Below, piece by piece: positions 10,294 to 18,876 of a stretch of 58,048 nucleotides of DNA. The stretch covers positions 1 through 58,048 of IMG/VR virus record IMGVR_UViG_3300034128_000015; one strand, written 5' to 3'. The notes under the pieces are model-generated. The model saw only the letters and a program-made list of their open reading frames with translations, ran no database searches and had not been told where the DNA came from. Made by a program: the position numbers and the translations under genes. This DNA is from a virus (taxonomy: Duplodnaviria > Caudoviricetes). Position 1 is the first letter of the stretch, and each line of letters opens with the position of its first letter.

Positions 10294-10491
10294 TTATTCG
10301 TCGTCTGGGTCTGGTGGATCTGCCAGGCCACACATCAGCTTGGCCTGATATGGCATGTAGCCCTCCTCGCGCAGGGCGTCGTAGCGGTAGTAGTCGGCAG
10401 CGAAGTAGTTGCACTCATCGCACAGCCGGCTGGGCGTTTCTCCGGCTGACAGAGGTGTGTGGCAGTGCCTACATTTGTTGAGCAATGACAT
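10294..10491 (-). CDS. Small Cys-containing phage protein
   Basis: CxxC..CxxC; GAGG RBS. Confidence 0.55.
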   Translation of the reverse strand: MSLLNKCRHCHTPLSAGETPSRLCDECNYFAADYYRYDALREEGYMPYQAKLMCGLADPPDPDDE

Positions 10492-10492
10492 G

Positions 10493-10813
10493 TCACACCT
10501 CCTCGCTGGCGGCTTCTGGTCGCGGCATCTCTTCGTCCGCCTTGTAAGCGCGGATGTCGATCAGTGCTGCGACGTGTTTTATGTGGGCGTACCGCAATGC
10601 CTTGACGCTGTGATCCAGGGTGGTCACTGGCAGCTGAATACGGCCGCTGTTGATCGCCTCGGTGAAGGTCTTTTCGTTGAGGTTCTTGAAGTAATGCACG
10701 CGCAGCTTTTCCAGGGGGATAAGCACGTCGCCGAAGAGTTGGTGCAGCATCTCGATGGTGGCGCTATCCGGTGCGGGTTGCAGTCGTAGTGGTGTTTGAG
10801 TGATGTTGCTCAT
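10493..10813 (-). CDS. Pyocin activator PrtN-family protein
   Basis: LFGDVLIPLE..RVHYF...I.SG.IQLPV...HIKHVAALID. Confidence 0.75.
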   Translation of the reverse strand: MSNITQTPLRLQPAPDSATIEMLHQLFGDVLIPLEKLRVHYFKNLNEKTFTEAINSGRIQLPVTTLDHSVKALRYAHIKHVAALIDIRAYKADEEMPRPEAASEEV

Positions 10814-10982
10814 GGGCAGCGGCCTCCTTGCGTTTGAGTCGTGAAGGGTGGTTCCAAGCATTCAGGCAATGGCGTTTGGTCAGCTCCCGCAGATGCTCCG
10901 GCACTTCGAGGAGCGCAGCGTTGCGCTCCTCGCGTGTACGCATGGCGACGATCTGGCGGGCGTACTCTCTAGGCCACGTCAC
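10764..10982 (-). CDS. Phage hypothetical protein (GTG start)
   Basis: WPREYARQI..RNAAL.EVPEH ORF within the operon. Confidence 0.55.
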   Translation of the reverse strand: MTWPREYARQIVAMRTREERNAALLEVPEHLRELTKRHCLNAWNHPSRLKRKEAAAHEQHHSNTTTTATRTG

Positions 10983-11253
10983 GGTTGTCTGCCGGGATGG
11001 CTGGCAGTTCGAGACCCAATTGCTCGGCCAGCCAGGGCATACCGGCTTGCCGGACCTTGGTCGACTGGCTGTACTGCATGCCGGCGGTCTCGTGGTACCA
11101 GTTGCCGTTTTTGATCCGCAGGTACTCACGATCACGGACAGGGAAGGCCGGTAGGTTGCGGTCGTTGAGCAGGCCCTTCTCACGCATGAGCGCGATCAGT
11201 TTGGGACGAGTGAGGCCAAAGTACTTGGCGGTTTTTTCCAGGCTACGTTCCAT
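10969..11253 (-). CDS. Antirepressor-like (KilAC/ANT-type) protein
   Basis: AKYFGL...L...MREKG....TKV...G..WL pattern. Confidence 0.65.
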   Translation of the reverse strand: MERSLEKTAKYFGLTRPKLIALMREKGLLNDRNLPAFPVRDREYLRIKNGNWYHETAGMQYSQSTKVRQAGMPWLAEQLGLELPAIPADNRDVA

Positions 11254-11262
11254 CTCGGCCTC

Positions 11263-11844
11263 CTAGGCTGCATGCGCGGCGGGTGTCGCCACGGCAGCCA
11301 GATGGGTGATGGATTCGGCGACCATGGAGTAGATCTCCACGTCACTGCCGTACACCGTGAAGCACTTGGTACGAGGCTTCCTGACGCCTATGCTCATGAT
11401 GGTAGTGATGCCTGCGCGGGTTTTGTTACGGTGGATTGCCAGGTTGATCGGTTGTTCAAAGCCCATATCGAGGCTGAGGGCGCCGCCGGTTTGCACCAGG
11501 TCGAATACCTGCTGCCGGTGTTCAGTCTCGAACACGCCGTAGCGGCGGTCTGCATGCGGCAAAGGCGATGGATCGGCAGAGGTGGTTGGCCCGTTGACGA
11601 TCTCTTCAATGAAGTCTGCAAGCTTGAGGTGCATCTTCTTGCTGTTGGTCAGGGTCAGCGTGTGGCGTTCGCTGTCCAGCTCAACAGTGAAGTGCGTGTC
11701 GACTTTGCGGCGTTCGACTTTCAGGCGGAAGGCCAGGGCTTCACGCTGCGTCTCGGCGCGCAGGAGGTGGTTGAAGGTTTCGGTCAAGTTGACCTGAGCC
11801 TTGAGCAGGGTCAGGGTACGATTGTCGAGTTTGTACTTGCTCAT
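11263..11844 (-). CDS. Phage hypothetical protein
   Basis: 193-aa ORF coupled within the operon. Confidence 0.7.
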   Translation of the reverse strand: MSKYKLDNRTLTLLKAQVNLTETFNHLLRAETQREALAFRLKVERRKVDTHFTVELDSERHTLTLTNSKKMHLKLADFIEEIVNGPTTSADPSPLPHADRRYGVFETEHRQQVFDLVQTGGALSLDMGFEQPINLAIHRNKTRAGITTIMSIGVRKPRTKCFTVYGSDVEIYSMVAESITHLAAVATPAAHAA

Positions 11845-12017
11845 GCTGCTTGCCCTCCGCCGTTTGGATCGAAGGGGGCGGGTGCGGTGCGCTGTTTCAG
11901 CTTGGGTTTGGAAGCGATGAAGGCGCAGCCGCTGTCTTGCGCCAGACGGCGGATTTCGAAGATGCGGGAGGGGTTAGCAGCGGCCGGGTGGACGTGCAAT
12001 GTGGCTGTGGTGTGCAT
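11841..12017 (-). CDS. First gene of the early-left operon, 58 aa (MHTTATLHVHPAAA...)
   Basis: GAGG RBS; stop overlaps next ATG; below the ORF-track cutoff. Confidence 0.65.
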   Translation of the reverse strand: MHTTATLHVHPAAANPSRIFEIRRLAQDSGCAFIASKPKLKQRTAPAPFDPNGGGQAA

Positions 12018-12049
12018 GGTGTTGCCTCGCTCTGTGGTGGAAGAGTTAG

Positions 12050-12125
12050 GCGAATATCACATATTGTTTTTATTGAATCAACACGAATTGTTATTTTTGT
12101 TTGGGTTTTTTGACGTTTCGTTTTG
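12050..12125 (-). promoter_or_regulatory. PL/OL region
   Basis: AT-rich; AC-N5-GT boxes CACATATTGTT, CACGAATTGTT, GACGTTTCGTT resemble those between cI and cro. Confidence 0.55.
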
Positions 12126-12195
12126 AGTTGCGCAAAAATATACTAGCTGTATCTTTTGTTTCTACTTGAATTCGTTGAGTTTTTCAGGAGGGAAA

Positions 12196-12558
12196 ATGTT
12201 TGAACTTGACCCGGACGAAGCAATTGCCGAGCGATATTTCAGATTCGCGAATGATGTGCCTGGACTGTTCGCGGTAGGGCTTTCCGCAACCTCGCTCCAA
12301 TTTCCGCACCCACAGCCGTTTGCGTGGTTTTTTCTATTTGTAGTGGTGTTGTGTGTGTTCGGAGGAGGTAAGCAATACCGAAATATTGCTGCCAAATACA
12401 TTAAGCGCTATCCCGGAGTGATCGGAGGGATGGTCCTGGTGTGGAGAGCCAAGATTTGCATCATTGGCATGTTGCTGCTTGCAGCAATAGCTCTGGGAGA
12501 TCTCACTGAGGCAGGGATTTATGCGTTCTTCAATCTCAACTCGGTAGCATCTAGCTGA
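12196..12558 (+). CDS. Small membrane protein (moron in the immunity region)
   Basis: 3-4 hydrophobic segments, AGGAGG RBS, convergent with cI. Confidence 0.7.
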   Translation: MFELDPDEAIAERYFRFANDVPGLFAVGLSATSLQFPHPQPFAWFFLFVVVLCVFGGGKQYRNIAAKYIKRYPGVIGGMVLVWRAKICIIGMLLLAAIALGDLTEAGIYAFFNLNSVASS

Positions 12559-12567
12559 GGGCTTGGG

Positions 12568-13233
12568 TCAAAGTGCCCCGCCGTGCCATACGATGCGACC
12601 GACGATTTTCAGATGGCCGATTTCATTATCGCTAGCAGCTTCATCTGGGTACTGACGCTTGTCTTCGTTATCGCTACGTATGATCCAGCCGCCAGTCATG
12701 CTCTGCGCTAGGCGCTTGATGATCAGCTCTCCATCAGGTTTGAGCATGGCGTAAATGCGTCGGTCTCTCGGCTCTTTTTGTGCTTCATCCAGCAGGACAA
12801 CATCGCCGTCACAGATGGTGGGTTCCATGCTCTGGCCTTTAGCGTAAATCACATGCAGGCTTCTTTCCCTCAAGGCCATACGGGCGAGCCAGTCTCGCCT
12901 GAAAACCAGTCCCCCTTTGATTTCTACGTGGTCGTTGAGATGCCCGTTGCCGGCTGAGCCGTGCGCTGTATATTGCGGAATCAGAGCGTACTCATCAATT
13001 TTTGGCGCTGTGCTTCTCGTTTGATCGTCGTCGCCTTCGACAAGGTCCATCAGAGGTTTTTTCAAGGCAAGCGAAAGCATGCGCAGATCCGCAAGGCTTG
13101 GTTCGCGCTTATCTTTTTCATAGTTTGCGATACGCCCTTGGCCGTTTTGCCAATTGCAGGCTGCAGCCAAGTCTTTCTGCGTGAGATTCGCTTCGTTTCT
13201 ATAGCGCGCCAGGCGCTGACCTAAAGTTTCCAT
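12568..13233 (-). CDS. CI-like repressor (XRE HTH + S24 peptidase)
   Basis: HTH N-terminus, SAG cleavage site, GQSMEP, IKRL. Confidence 0.93.
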   Translation of the reverse strand: METLGQRLARYRNEANLTQKDLAAACNWQNGQGRIANYEKDKREPSLADLRMLSLALKKPLMDLVEGDDDQTRSTAPKIDEYALIPQYTAHGSAGNGHLNDHVEIKGGLVFRRDWLARMALRERSLHVIYAKGQSMEPTICDGDVVLLDEAQKEPRDRRIYAMLKPDGELIIKRLAQSMTGGWIIRSDNEDKRQYPDEAASDNEIGHLKIVGRIVWHGGAL

Positions 13234-13239
13234 ATGTGG

Positions 13240-13325
13240 AAAATATCACGATTTGTGTAAGTGATTTACGACTTAACGTGTTGTAAAAATAACAAACCGT
13301 TGTTAGTCTCCGTTCGGGATCACGA
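13240..13325. promoter_or_regulatory. OR / PR-PRM region
   Basis: Divergent cI/cro spacer with CACGATTTGTG and AACAAACCGTT boxes. Confidence 0.6.
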
Positions 13326-13338
13326 AGAGAACCTTCTA

Positions 13339-13563
13339 ATGAATAGGATATCTGCCCTCAGAAACCGTAGTGGAATCAAGCAGACGGCACTTGCTGGGGC
13401 TCTGGGTTGGTCTCAGAGCCGGCTGAGTAATTACGAGTCGGGTACTCGAATTCCTGGCTTGTACGAGTGCCGTGCCATTACGGTAGCGCTCAATAAATTG
13501 GGGACTACATGCACTCTTGATGATGTTTTTCCTCCTGAGCATGATGTTCCAGAAGCAGCATAG
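13339..13563 (+). CDS. Cro-like HTH protein
   Basis: QTALAGALGWSQSRLSNYESG; divergent from cI. Confidence 0.88.
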   Translation: MNRISALRNRSGIKQTALAGALGWSQSRLSNYESGTRIPGLYECRAITVALNKLGTTCTLDDVFPPEHDVPEAA

Positions 13564-13888
13564 AAAAAAGGCGACCCAAGGGCCGCCTAGTTCCTCCCGG
13601 CACACACCACCACAGTGCTGTCGGGTCGCGACGAAGGTAGGAGGGCACACCACATGCAAACCACCTCCCTTTATCGCGCTGCCAAGGCACGGATGCCTTG
13701 GGTTGCTGCCTTCTCCACCACAGATTAGGCAGCTGTTGCGCCAGAGGTGAGCAACGGATTGTTCGCCTCGGCACGGTGCCGGTTTCGATCCCTAAGATCT
13801 GGCCGGCGTTTGGGCCCTTTCAAGCCACGCGGCAAATGTATCACCACTACACGTCGCGGGGCACTGGCAACTTAGTAGGATTAATGCC

Positions 13889-14407
13889 ATGAGCCGAGTA
13901 GCTTTAAGCTGTGTTGATCGAGCGCAAAGGGAAGTCCTGACGCTCGAATTAGCCCTGTACCACGCCGCACGGGACTATCCCGGCGGTGCCGCTGCAATCG
14001 CCGCCACCACCGGCCGCAATGCCACCACGTTGCAGCACAAGTTGTCTCCCACCCATCCCTCGCACGCGGTCAACATTCAAGAGTTCGGCGAGATCCTCGA
14101 ATTGACCAAGGACCGCCGCATCCTCGATGCGGTACATGCATTGGTCGGCGACACAACGTGGCAAGAGCTGGCTGAAACCTATACCAGCGACATGCCTGAG
14201 ACCCTGACCACCGGTATTGCCTCGTACTTCAGGCAGGTGGCTGACCTGGCCGACACCTGGGCCAAGAGCATTGGCGATGGCGTTGTGAGTGATCAGGAAC
14301 TGGCCGAGATTCGCCTGCAGGTATTTCGCGGAATCCAGGGACTGTTGGGGATGCTCAATCGCGCCCAATACGTCAACCAGACAACTCGGGGGGCGGACCG
14401 TGGCTGA
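13889..14407 (+). CDS. CII-family phage regulator
   Basis: YPGGAAAIA...TLQHKLSP...DGVVS..E. Confidence 0.8.
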   Translation: MSRVALSCVDRAQREVLTLELALYHAARDYPGGAAAIAATTGRNATTLQHKLSPTHPSHAVNIQEFGEILELTKDRRILDAVHALVGDTTWQELAETYTSDMPETLTTGIASYFRQVADLADTWAKSIGDGVVSDQELAEIRLQVFRGIQGLLGMLNRAQYVNQTTRGADRG

Positions 14408-14627
14408 CGACATCGACTTTGCAAATGACCTGGTGCAGGAGCGCATGGACCGTGCGCTCGCCGCACGAAACGTGAAAAAAGCCGCCATGCCCGCGCATTC
14501 CTTCATGTTCTGTGAAGAGTGCGACACGCCGATCCCAACAGCGCGCCGCGTGGCGATTCCCGGCTGCACGCATTGCGTGACCTGCCAATCCATCGACGAA
14601 GCCAGGAATGCCCGCCATGCTCGATGA
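14400..14627 (+). CDS. TraR/DksA C4 zinc-finger protein
   Basis: ADDID.A, CEECD.PIP.ARR.A.PGC..CV.CQ. Confidence 0.88.
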   Translation: MADDIDFANDLVQERMDRALAARNVKKAAMPAHSFMFCEECDTPIPTARRVAIPGCTHCVTCQSIDEARNARHAR

Positions 14628-16833
14628 GGTATTGAATCAGTTCGCGGACTACGGCCTTGAACCCGCTCAGCCCCTGGCCTTCGGCAAACTCACCCGCTGC
14701 AAAACCACCCAGGACAAGGGCAAGGAAAAAAACGGCTGGTACGTCATCCACGAACACCGTACCGAAAAAAACGAAACGCTGATCTTCGGCAGCTTCGGTG
14801 ACTGGCGCTCCGGTGACACCCAAAAGATCAAGGTCAAGGCCGGGCGCATGAGTCCCGAAGAGCGTGAGGTCATGCGCGCTCGGCAGGAAGAAGCCAAGCG
14901 TAAGGCTGCCGAGGTTGCGGCCAACGCCTCGCGCCGAGCGGCCAGCCGTGCTGCCGGCCTGTTCAAGCGCATGCCGGAGAAGGGCAAGAGCGCCTATCTG
15001 GATCGAAAGCAGATTGTCGGCTTCAAGGTTCGCTATGCGCCACGTACTGGCGCATTTTTGGTGCCTATGTGCAATGTGCGCGACCAGATCGTCGGCCTGC
15101 AGGTGATTTTCCCCTCGAAGCAAGAGGACACCGGCCGTGACAAGGCGTACTGGCCCTACGGCATGTCGAAGGAAGGCGCCTTCCACCTGATCGGCCCGCA
15201 TCCTGAGCCCGGCGAACCGGTGCTGGTGTGTGAGGGGTATGCCACGGGCGCCAGCCTGCACATGGCGACTTCGCTCACCGTCGCCATCGCCTTCGACGCG
15301 GGCAACCTGCTGCCGGTCTCCAAGGCCATGCGCGAGCGTTTCCCCGGTTGCCCGCTGATCATCTGCCGCGATGATGACTGGAAGACCACGCGCCCCAACG
15401 GTGACCCTTGGAACCCAGGCGAAGAGAAGGCCAACAATGCAGCGCTGGTTGTCGGCGGTCAGGTGGTCGCCCCGGTGTTCTCCGGCGAGCGCGAGATCAA
15501 GTGGACCGACTTCAACGACCTGCACGTCGCCGAGGGATTGGAGGCCGTCCGCCGCCAGGTGCTGGCGGTGGTCAAGCCTCCAGCAGCTGGTGGTTGGAAG
15601 GACCAACTGGCACGCACCGAAAACGGCTCCCTGATCGCGCACATGCAAAACGTCGAACTAATCCTGGGCAATGACGAACGCTGGGCCGGCGTCATCGGTT
15701 ACAGCGTGTTCAGCTCCAAGATCGTCAAGCTGCGGTCCGCGCCCTTTGGCGGCGGTGCCGGCGATTGGGCCGACATCGATGACATGCGGGTGATGAAGTG
15801 GCTTGCGCAGCAGTACAACTTGCGGGTCAAGGCGTCCCATGTGATCGAGGCGGTCAGCGTAGTTGCCCACGACCATTCCTTTCACCCGGTGCGCGAGTAC
15901 CTGGAGAAGCTGGAATGGGACCGCGTGCCCCGGCTGGAAACCTGGCTGACCGATGTGCTGGGCGTCCAGCCCACGGAGTACTCGGCCAAGGTCGGTAAGC
16001 GCTGGCCAATCTCGGCAGTTGCCCGGGTGATGCGCCCGGGCTGCAAGGCTGACTCAGTAATGATCCTCGAGGGCGGGCAGGGTGAAGGCAAGTCCACCGC
16101 CATGGGCGTTCTCGGCGGCGAGTGGTTTATGGACACACCCTTTGCCCTCGGCGACAAGGACAGCTTCCAGGCGATTCGCGGCAAGTGGATTGTCGAGCTG
16201 GGGGAGTTGGACAGCTTCAACAAGGCTGAAAGCACCAAGGCCAAGCAGTTTTTCTCCGCGTCCACCGACACCTACCGCGAGAGCTACGGCCGCAGGACGA
16301 ACGACGTGCCACGCCAGTGTGTGTTCGTGGGTACCACGAACCAAGAGGAATACCTCAAGGACGCCACCGGCAACCGTCGTTATTGGCCAGTGTTCTGTAA
16401 CAAGGTCGATCTGGAGCAACTGCGCGAGATCCGCGACCAGCTTTGGGCTGAGGCGCTGTTCTGCTTTGAGGCGGGCGATATCTGGTGGGTGACCAAGGAT
16501 GAAACCCGGATGTTCACCGAGGCCCAGGACGAACGCTTTGTGGTCGATGAATGGGAAGGGCCGATCCTGACCTGGATGGAAGAGTCGCAGATCGGCGAAA
16601 CCGCCACTGGCAACGAGATCCTGACCCAGGCGCTGAAGCTGGACTTCGGCCATTGGGGCAAGCCAGAGCAGATGCGGGTCGGGGCGATCATGCACCGGCT
16701 GGGTTGGCGCAAGCGGCGAATGCCGGCATTGCCAAAAAGCGGGGTACGGCCTTGGGCCTATGAGAAGCCTGCGGGCTGGGGCCGTGCGTCTGTGTTGCAG
16801 CAGTCGGTGATCGAGGAGCCTTGCTTTGATTAA
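14617..16833 (+). CDS. Primase (TOPRIM)-helicase (VirE/VapE) replication protein
   Basis: CEGYATG, DDD, TDFND; GGQGEGKST; TGNRRYWP. Confidence 0.9.
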   Translation: MLDEVLNQFADYGLEPAQPLAFGKLTRCKTTQDKGKEKNGWYVIHEHRTEKNETLIFGSFGDWRSGDTQKIKVKAGRMSPEEREVMRARQEEAKRKAAEVAANASRRAASRAAGLFKRMPEKGKSAYLDRKQIVGFKVRYAPRTGAFLVPMCNVRDQIVGLQVIFPSKQEDTGRDKAYWPYGMSKEGAFHLIGPHPEPGEPVLVCEGYATGASLHMATSLTVAIAFDAGNLLPVSKAMRERFPGCPLIICRDDDWKTTRPNGDPWNPGEEKANNAALVVGGQVVAPVFSGEREIKWTDFNDLHVAEGLEAVRRQVLAVVKPPAAGGWKDQLARTENGSLIAHMQNVELILGNDERWAGVIGYSVFSSKIVKLRSAPFGGGAGDWADIDDMRVMKWLAQQYNLRVKASHVIEAVSVVAHDHSFHPVREYLEKLEWDRVPRLETWLTDVLGVQPTEYSAKVGKRWPISAVARVMRPGCKADSVMILEGGQGEGKSTAMGVLGGEWFMDTPFALGDKDSFQAIRGKWIVELGELDSFNKAESTKAKQFFSASTDTYRESYGRRTNDVPRQCVFVGTTNQEEYLKDATGNRRYWPVFCNKVDLEQLREIRDQLWAEALFCFEAGDIWWVTKDETRMFTEAQDERFVVDEWEGPILTWMEESQIGETATGNEILTQALKLDFGHWGKPEQMRVGAIMHRLGWRKRRMPALPKSGVRPWAYEKPAGWGRASVLQQSVIEEPCFD

Positions 16834-17191
16834 GCGAATCGACGAGATGCTCAAGCTATGGGCGCAGGATCTACATTCGCCTGTACCAGAAAACGTTGGC
16901 GGGCCGAGTGGCGGCAACATGATCGCCATGTTGATGGAATGCAAAGGGGAGCTGATACGCGGCACGCGTGGTAGTCGAGTGCTGCTGGATGAATCAGTGG
17001 ATATTGAGCTAATCGTCAAGAAGCACCTGCCGCCCCGCCTTGCACTGGTCGTGTGGGAGCACTACTGCAACCACGAAAGCTTCCTTTCACAGAAGCTATT
17101 GCACTGTGCATGCAGCTCGCGGACGTACTATATGCGGCTGCATGACGCCCATGTGTTCATCCAGGGGATGCTGATGGGGAAGGCTGCATGA
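16826..17191 (+). CDS. Putative late regulator (Q-like position, C-terminal HTH)
   Basis: Lies between replication and lysis genes; SRTYYMRLHDAH. Confidence 0.55.
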   Translation: MIKRIDEMLKLWAQDLHSPVPENVGGPSGGNMIAMLMECKGELIRGTRGSRVLLDESVDIELIVKKHLPPRLALVVWEHYCNHESFLSQKLLHCACSSRTYYMRLHDAHVFIQGMLMGKAA

Positions 17192-17216
17192 CCCTCTGCG
17201 TCACTCCGCGTGCCTC

Positions 17217-17493
17217 TGTCCTACCGTCCTGCCTTGTCCGACTCGCATTTAGCGCAGTTGGACAGGCGCAGGCCGCGCCGTTGTTGGTCTGTCCTACCGT
17301 CCAACCTTTACCCATCCCACGCACACATGAGCATAGCGGGCACGTAGTCGCGCCCATGGCGCGCACGCGTGCTTTTAGCTTTCTCTCTATACACAAGAGA
17401 AAAGTAAAATAGGTAGGACAGTAGGGCAGAGCCCCGCATTCAGGCGCCTGTAGCTGTCCTACTACGATCTAGAATAGTGGGACAGGTAAGACA
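17217..17493. repeat. TGTCCTAC iteron-like direct and inverted repeats (candidate ori)
   Basis: TGTCCTACCGTCC at 17217 and 17290, TGTCCTAC at 17455, inverted GTAGGACA/GTAGGGCA/GTGGGACA/GTAAGACA at 17413-17493. Confidence 0.7.
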
Positions 17494-17673
17494 AGGCACC
17501 AGAAGCGATGGCCGATTGAATGCGTTGTCCCTGCGTTGCACCTGCGTCATACCTGTATTGCACCCGTATTGCGCCATGGCATTAAAACCCGCTTGCTGCC
17601 AGTAAAATCCACCTGTAAAAAGTACCCATCTTCGATAGGTGCGACCGCAAGCAGCGGGACACACCACCACACT

Positions 17674-17699
17674 GAACCCGGCCATTGCGCCGGGTTTTT
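17674..17699 (+). terminator. Terminator in the late leader before the holin
   Basis: AACCCGGC/GCCGGGTT + TTT. Confidence 0.7.
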
Positions 17700-17718
17700 G
17701 CGTTTATGGGGTAGGGCG

Positions 17719-18063
17719 ATGACGAACGAGCAGCAAGCGCTTATTGAGATGCCGGTCTGGATGGTGATCCTACTGTCCCTGGTCGGCGGGATTTCCGGCG
17801 AGGCGTGGCGGGCTGACAAAGCGGGGGTGAGTGGCTGGTCTTTGGTTCGCCGCTTGCTGCTTCGGTCCGGGGCGTGCGTGGTCTGCGGGCTTTCCACCAT
17901 GATGTTGCTGCACGCATCGGGCATGTCGGTACTGGCGGCGGGGAGCATCGGATGCCTTACCGCGATGGCCGGCGCCGATGTCGCCATTGGCCTGTACGAA
18001 CGTTGGGCTGCCAAGCGGTTGGGCGTGTGCGACGTGCCGCCCTCGGGAGGCGGTCAGGTGTGA
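17719..18063 (+). CDS. Holin
   Basis: 3 TM segments; near-identical to the tailocin holin at 51749. Confidence 0.88.
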   Translation: MTNEQQALIEMPVWMVILLSLVGGISGEAWRADKAGVSGWSLVRRLLLRSGACVVCGLSTMMLLHASGMSVLAAGSIGCLTAMAGADVAIGLYERWAAKRLGVCDVPPSGGGQV

Positions 18064-18132
18064 TGCGCTGGAGGCCACGGAATACGTGGCCTGTAGCGAA
18101 TCGCATCAAAATGGTGCGCCGGAAAATCGCCG

Positions 18133-18262
18133 GGGACCCTGGCGGCATCCGGGGGGTACGGGGCATGAAACCCGCGGGAAAGCGTTAGCGGGAGGGCAGC
18201 CAACTTACTGAAATTCAATCCATTGAAATTGAAAGGCTTGCATTGAAAAGCCGTTGAAAAAG
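18133..18262 (+). other. Lambda-like cos site (predicted 12-nt cohesive end GGGCATGAAACC, 18161-18172)
   Basis: GGGACCC...ATCCG..GGTACG|GGGCATGAAACC|CGCGGG parallels lambda cosQ-cosN; TTGAAA repeats before terS. Confidence 0.72.
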
Positions 18263-18270
18263 GAGAGCTC

Positions 18271-18873
18271 ATGACAGAACCAACCTACCTGTCAAAGAGC
18301 GCTTTCGCGGCTCGCATCGGCAGGACGCCGAGTTACATCACCTGGCTAAAAGGCAACAACCGCCTAGTGCTTTCGCCGGATGGCAAGATGGTGGATGTGC
18401 TGGCAACCGAAGCACTGATCCTCGAAACCGCCGACCCTAGCAAAGCCGCCGTCGCGGCTCGACACCAACAGGACCGGATCCAGCGTGACGTTTACAGTCA
18501 ACTTTCCCCCCTGGTCGAGCCGACTAACACGGCTGCGCCGCAGCGGCCAATTGCTGTCGGCGCCAAGGGCCATGACTTCCAGAAGGCTCGCGCAATGCGC
18601 GAACACAACCTGGCGCAACTGGCCGAGATCGAGCTGCACAAGGCGCAGGGCTCGCTGGTTGCCAGGGATGCTGTCGAGCTGGGGGCCTACAACGCGGGGC
18701 GCCACTTGCGTGACCAACTCTTCGGCCTGCTGCCCCAGCTGTCCCACAAAGTTGCAGCCATGACCGATCCCTGGGACATCGAAAAACACCTGACGGCAAC
18801 ACTCCGCAAATCACTGGAAGAGGCGGAGCGTATGTCTTCGTCCGACCTTGAACGAGCGATAACTGTGAGCTGA
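18271..18873 (+). CDS. Terminase small subunit
   Basis: N-terminal HTH, immediately precedes terL. Confidence 0.85.
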   Translation: MTEPTYLSKSAFAARIGRTPSYITWLKGNNRLVLSPDGKMVDVLATEALILETADPSKAAVAARHQQDRIQRDVYSQLSPLVEPTNTAAPQRPIAVGAKGHDFQKARAMREHNLAQLAEIELHKAQGSLVARDAVELGAYNAGRHLRDQLFGLLPQLSHKVAAMTDPWDIEKHLTATLRKSLEEAERMSSSDLERAITVS

Positions 18874-18876
18874 CCT

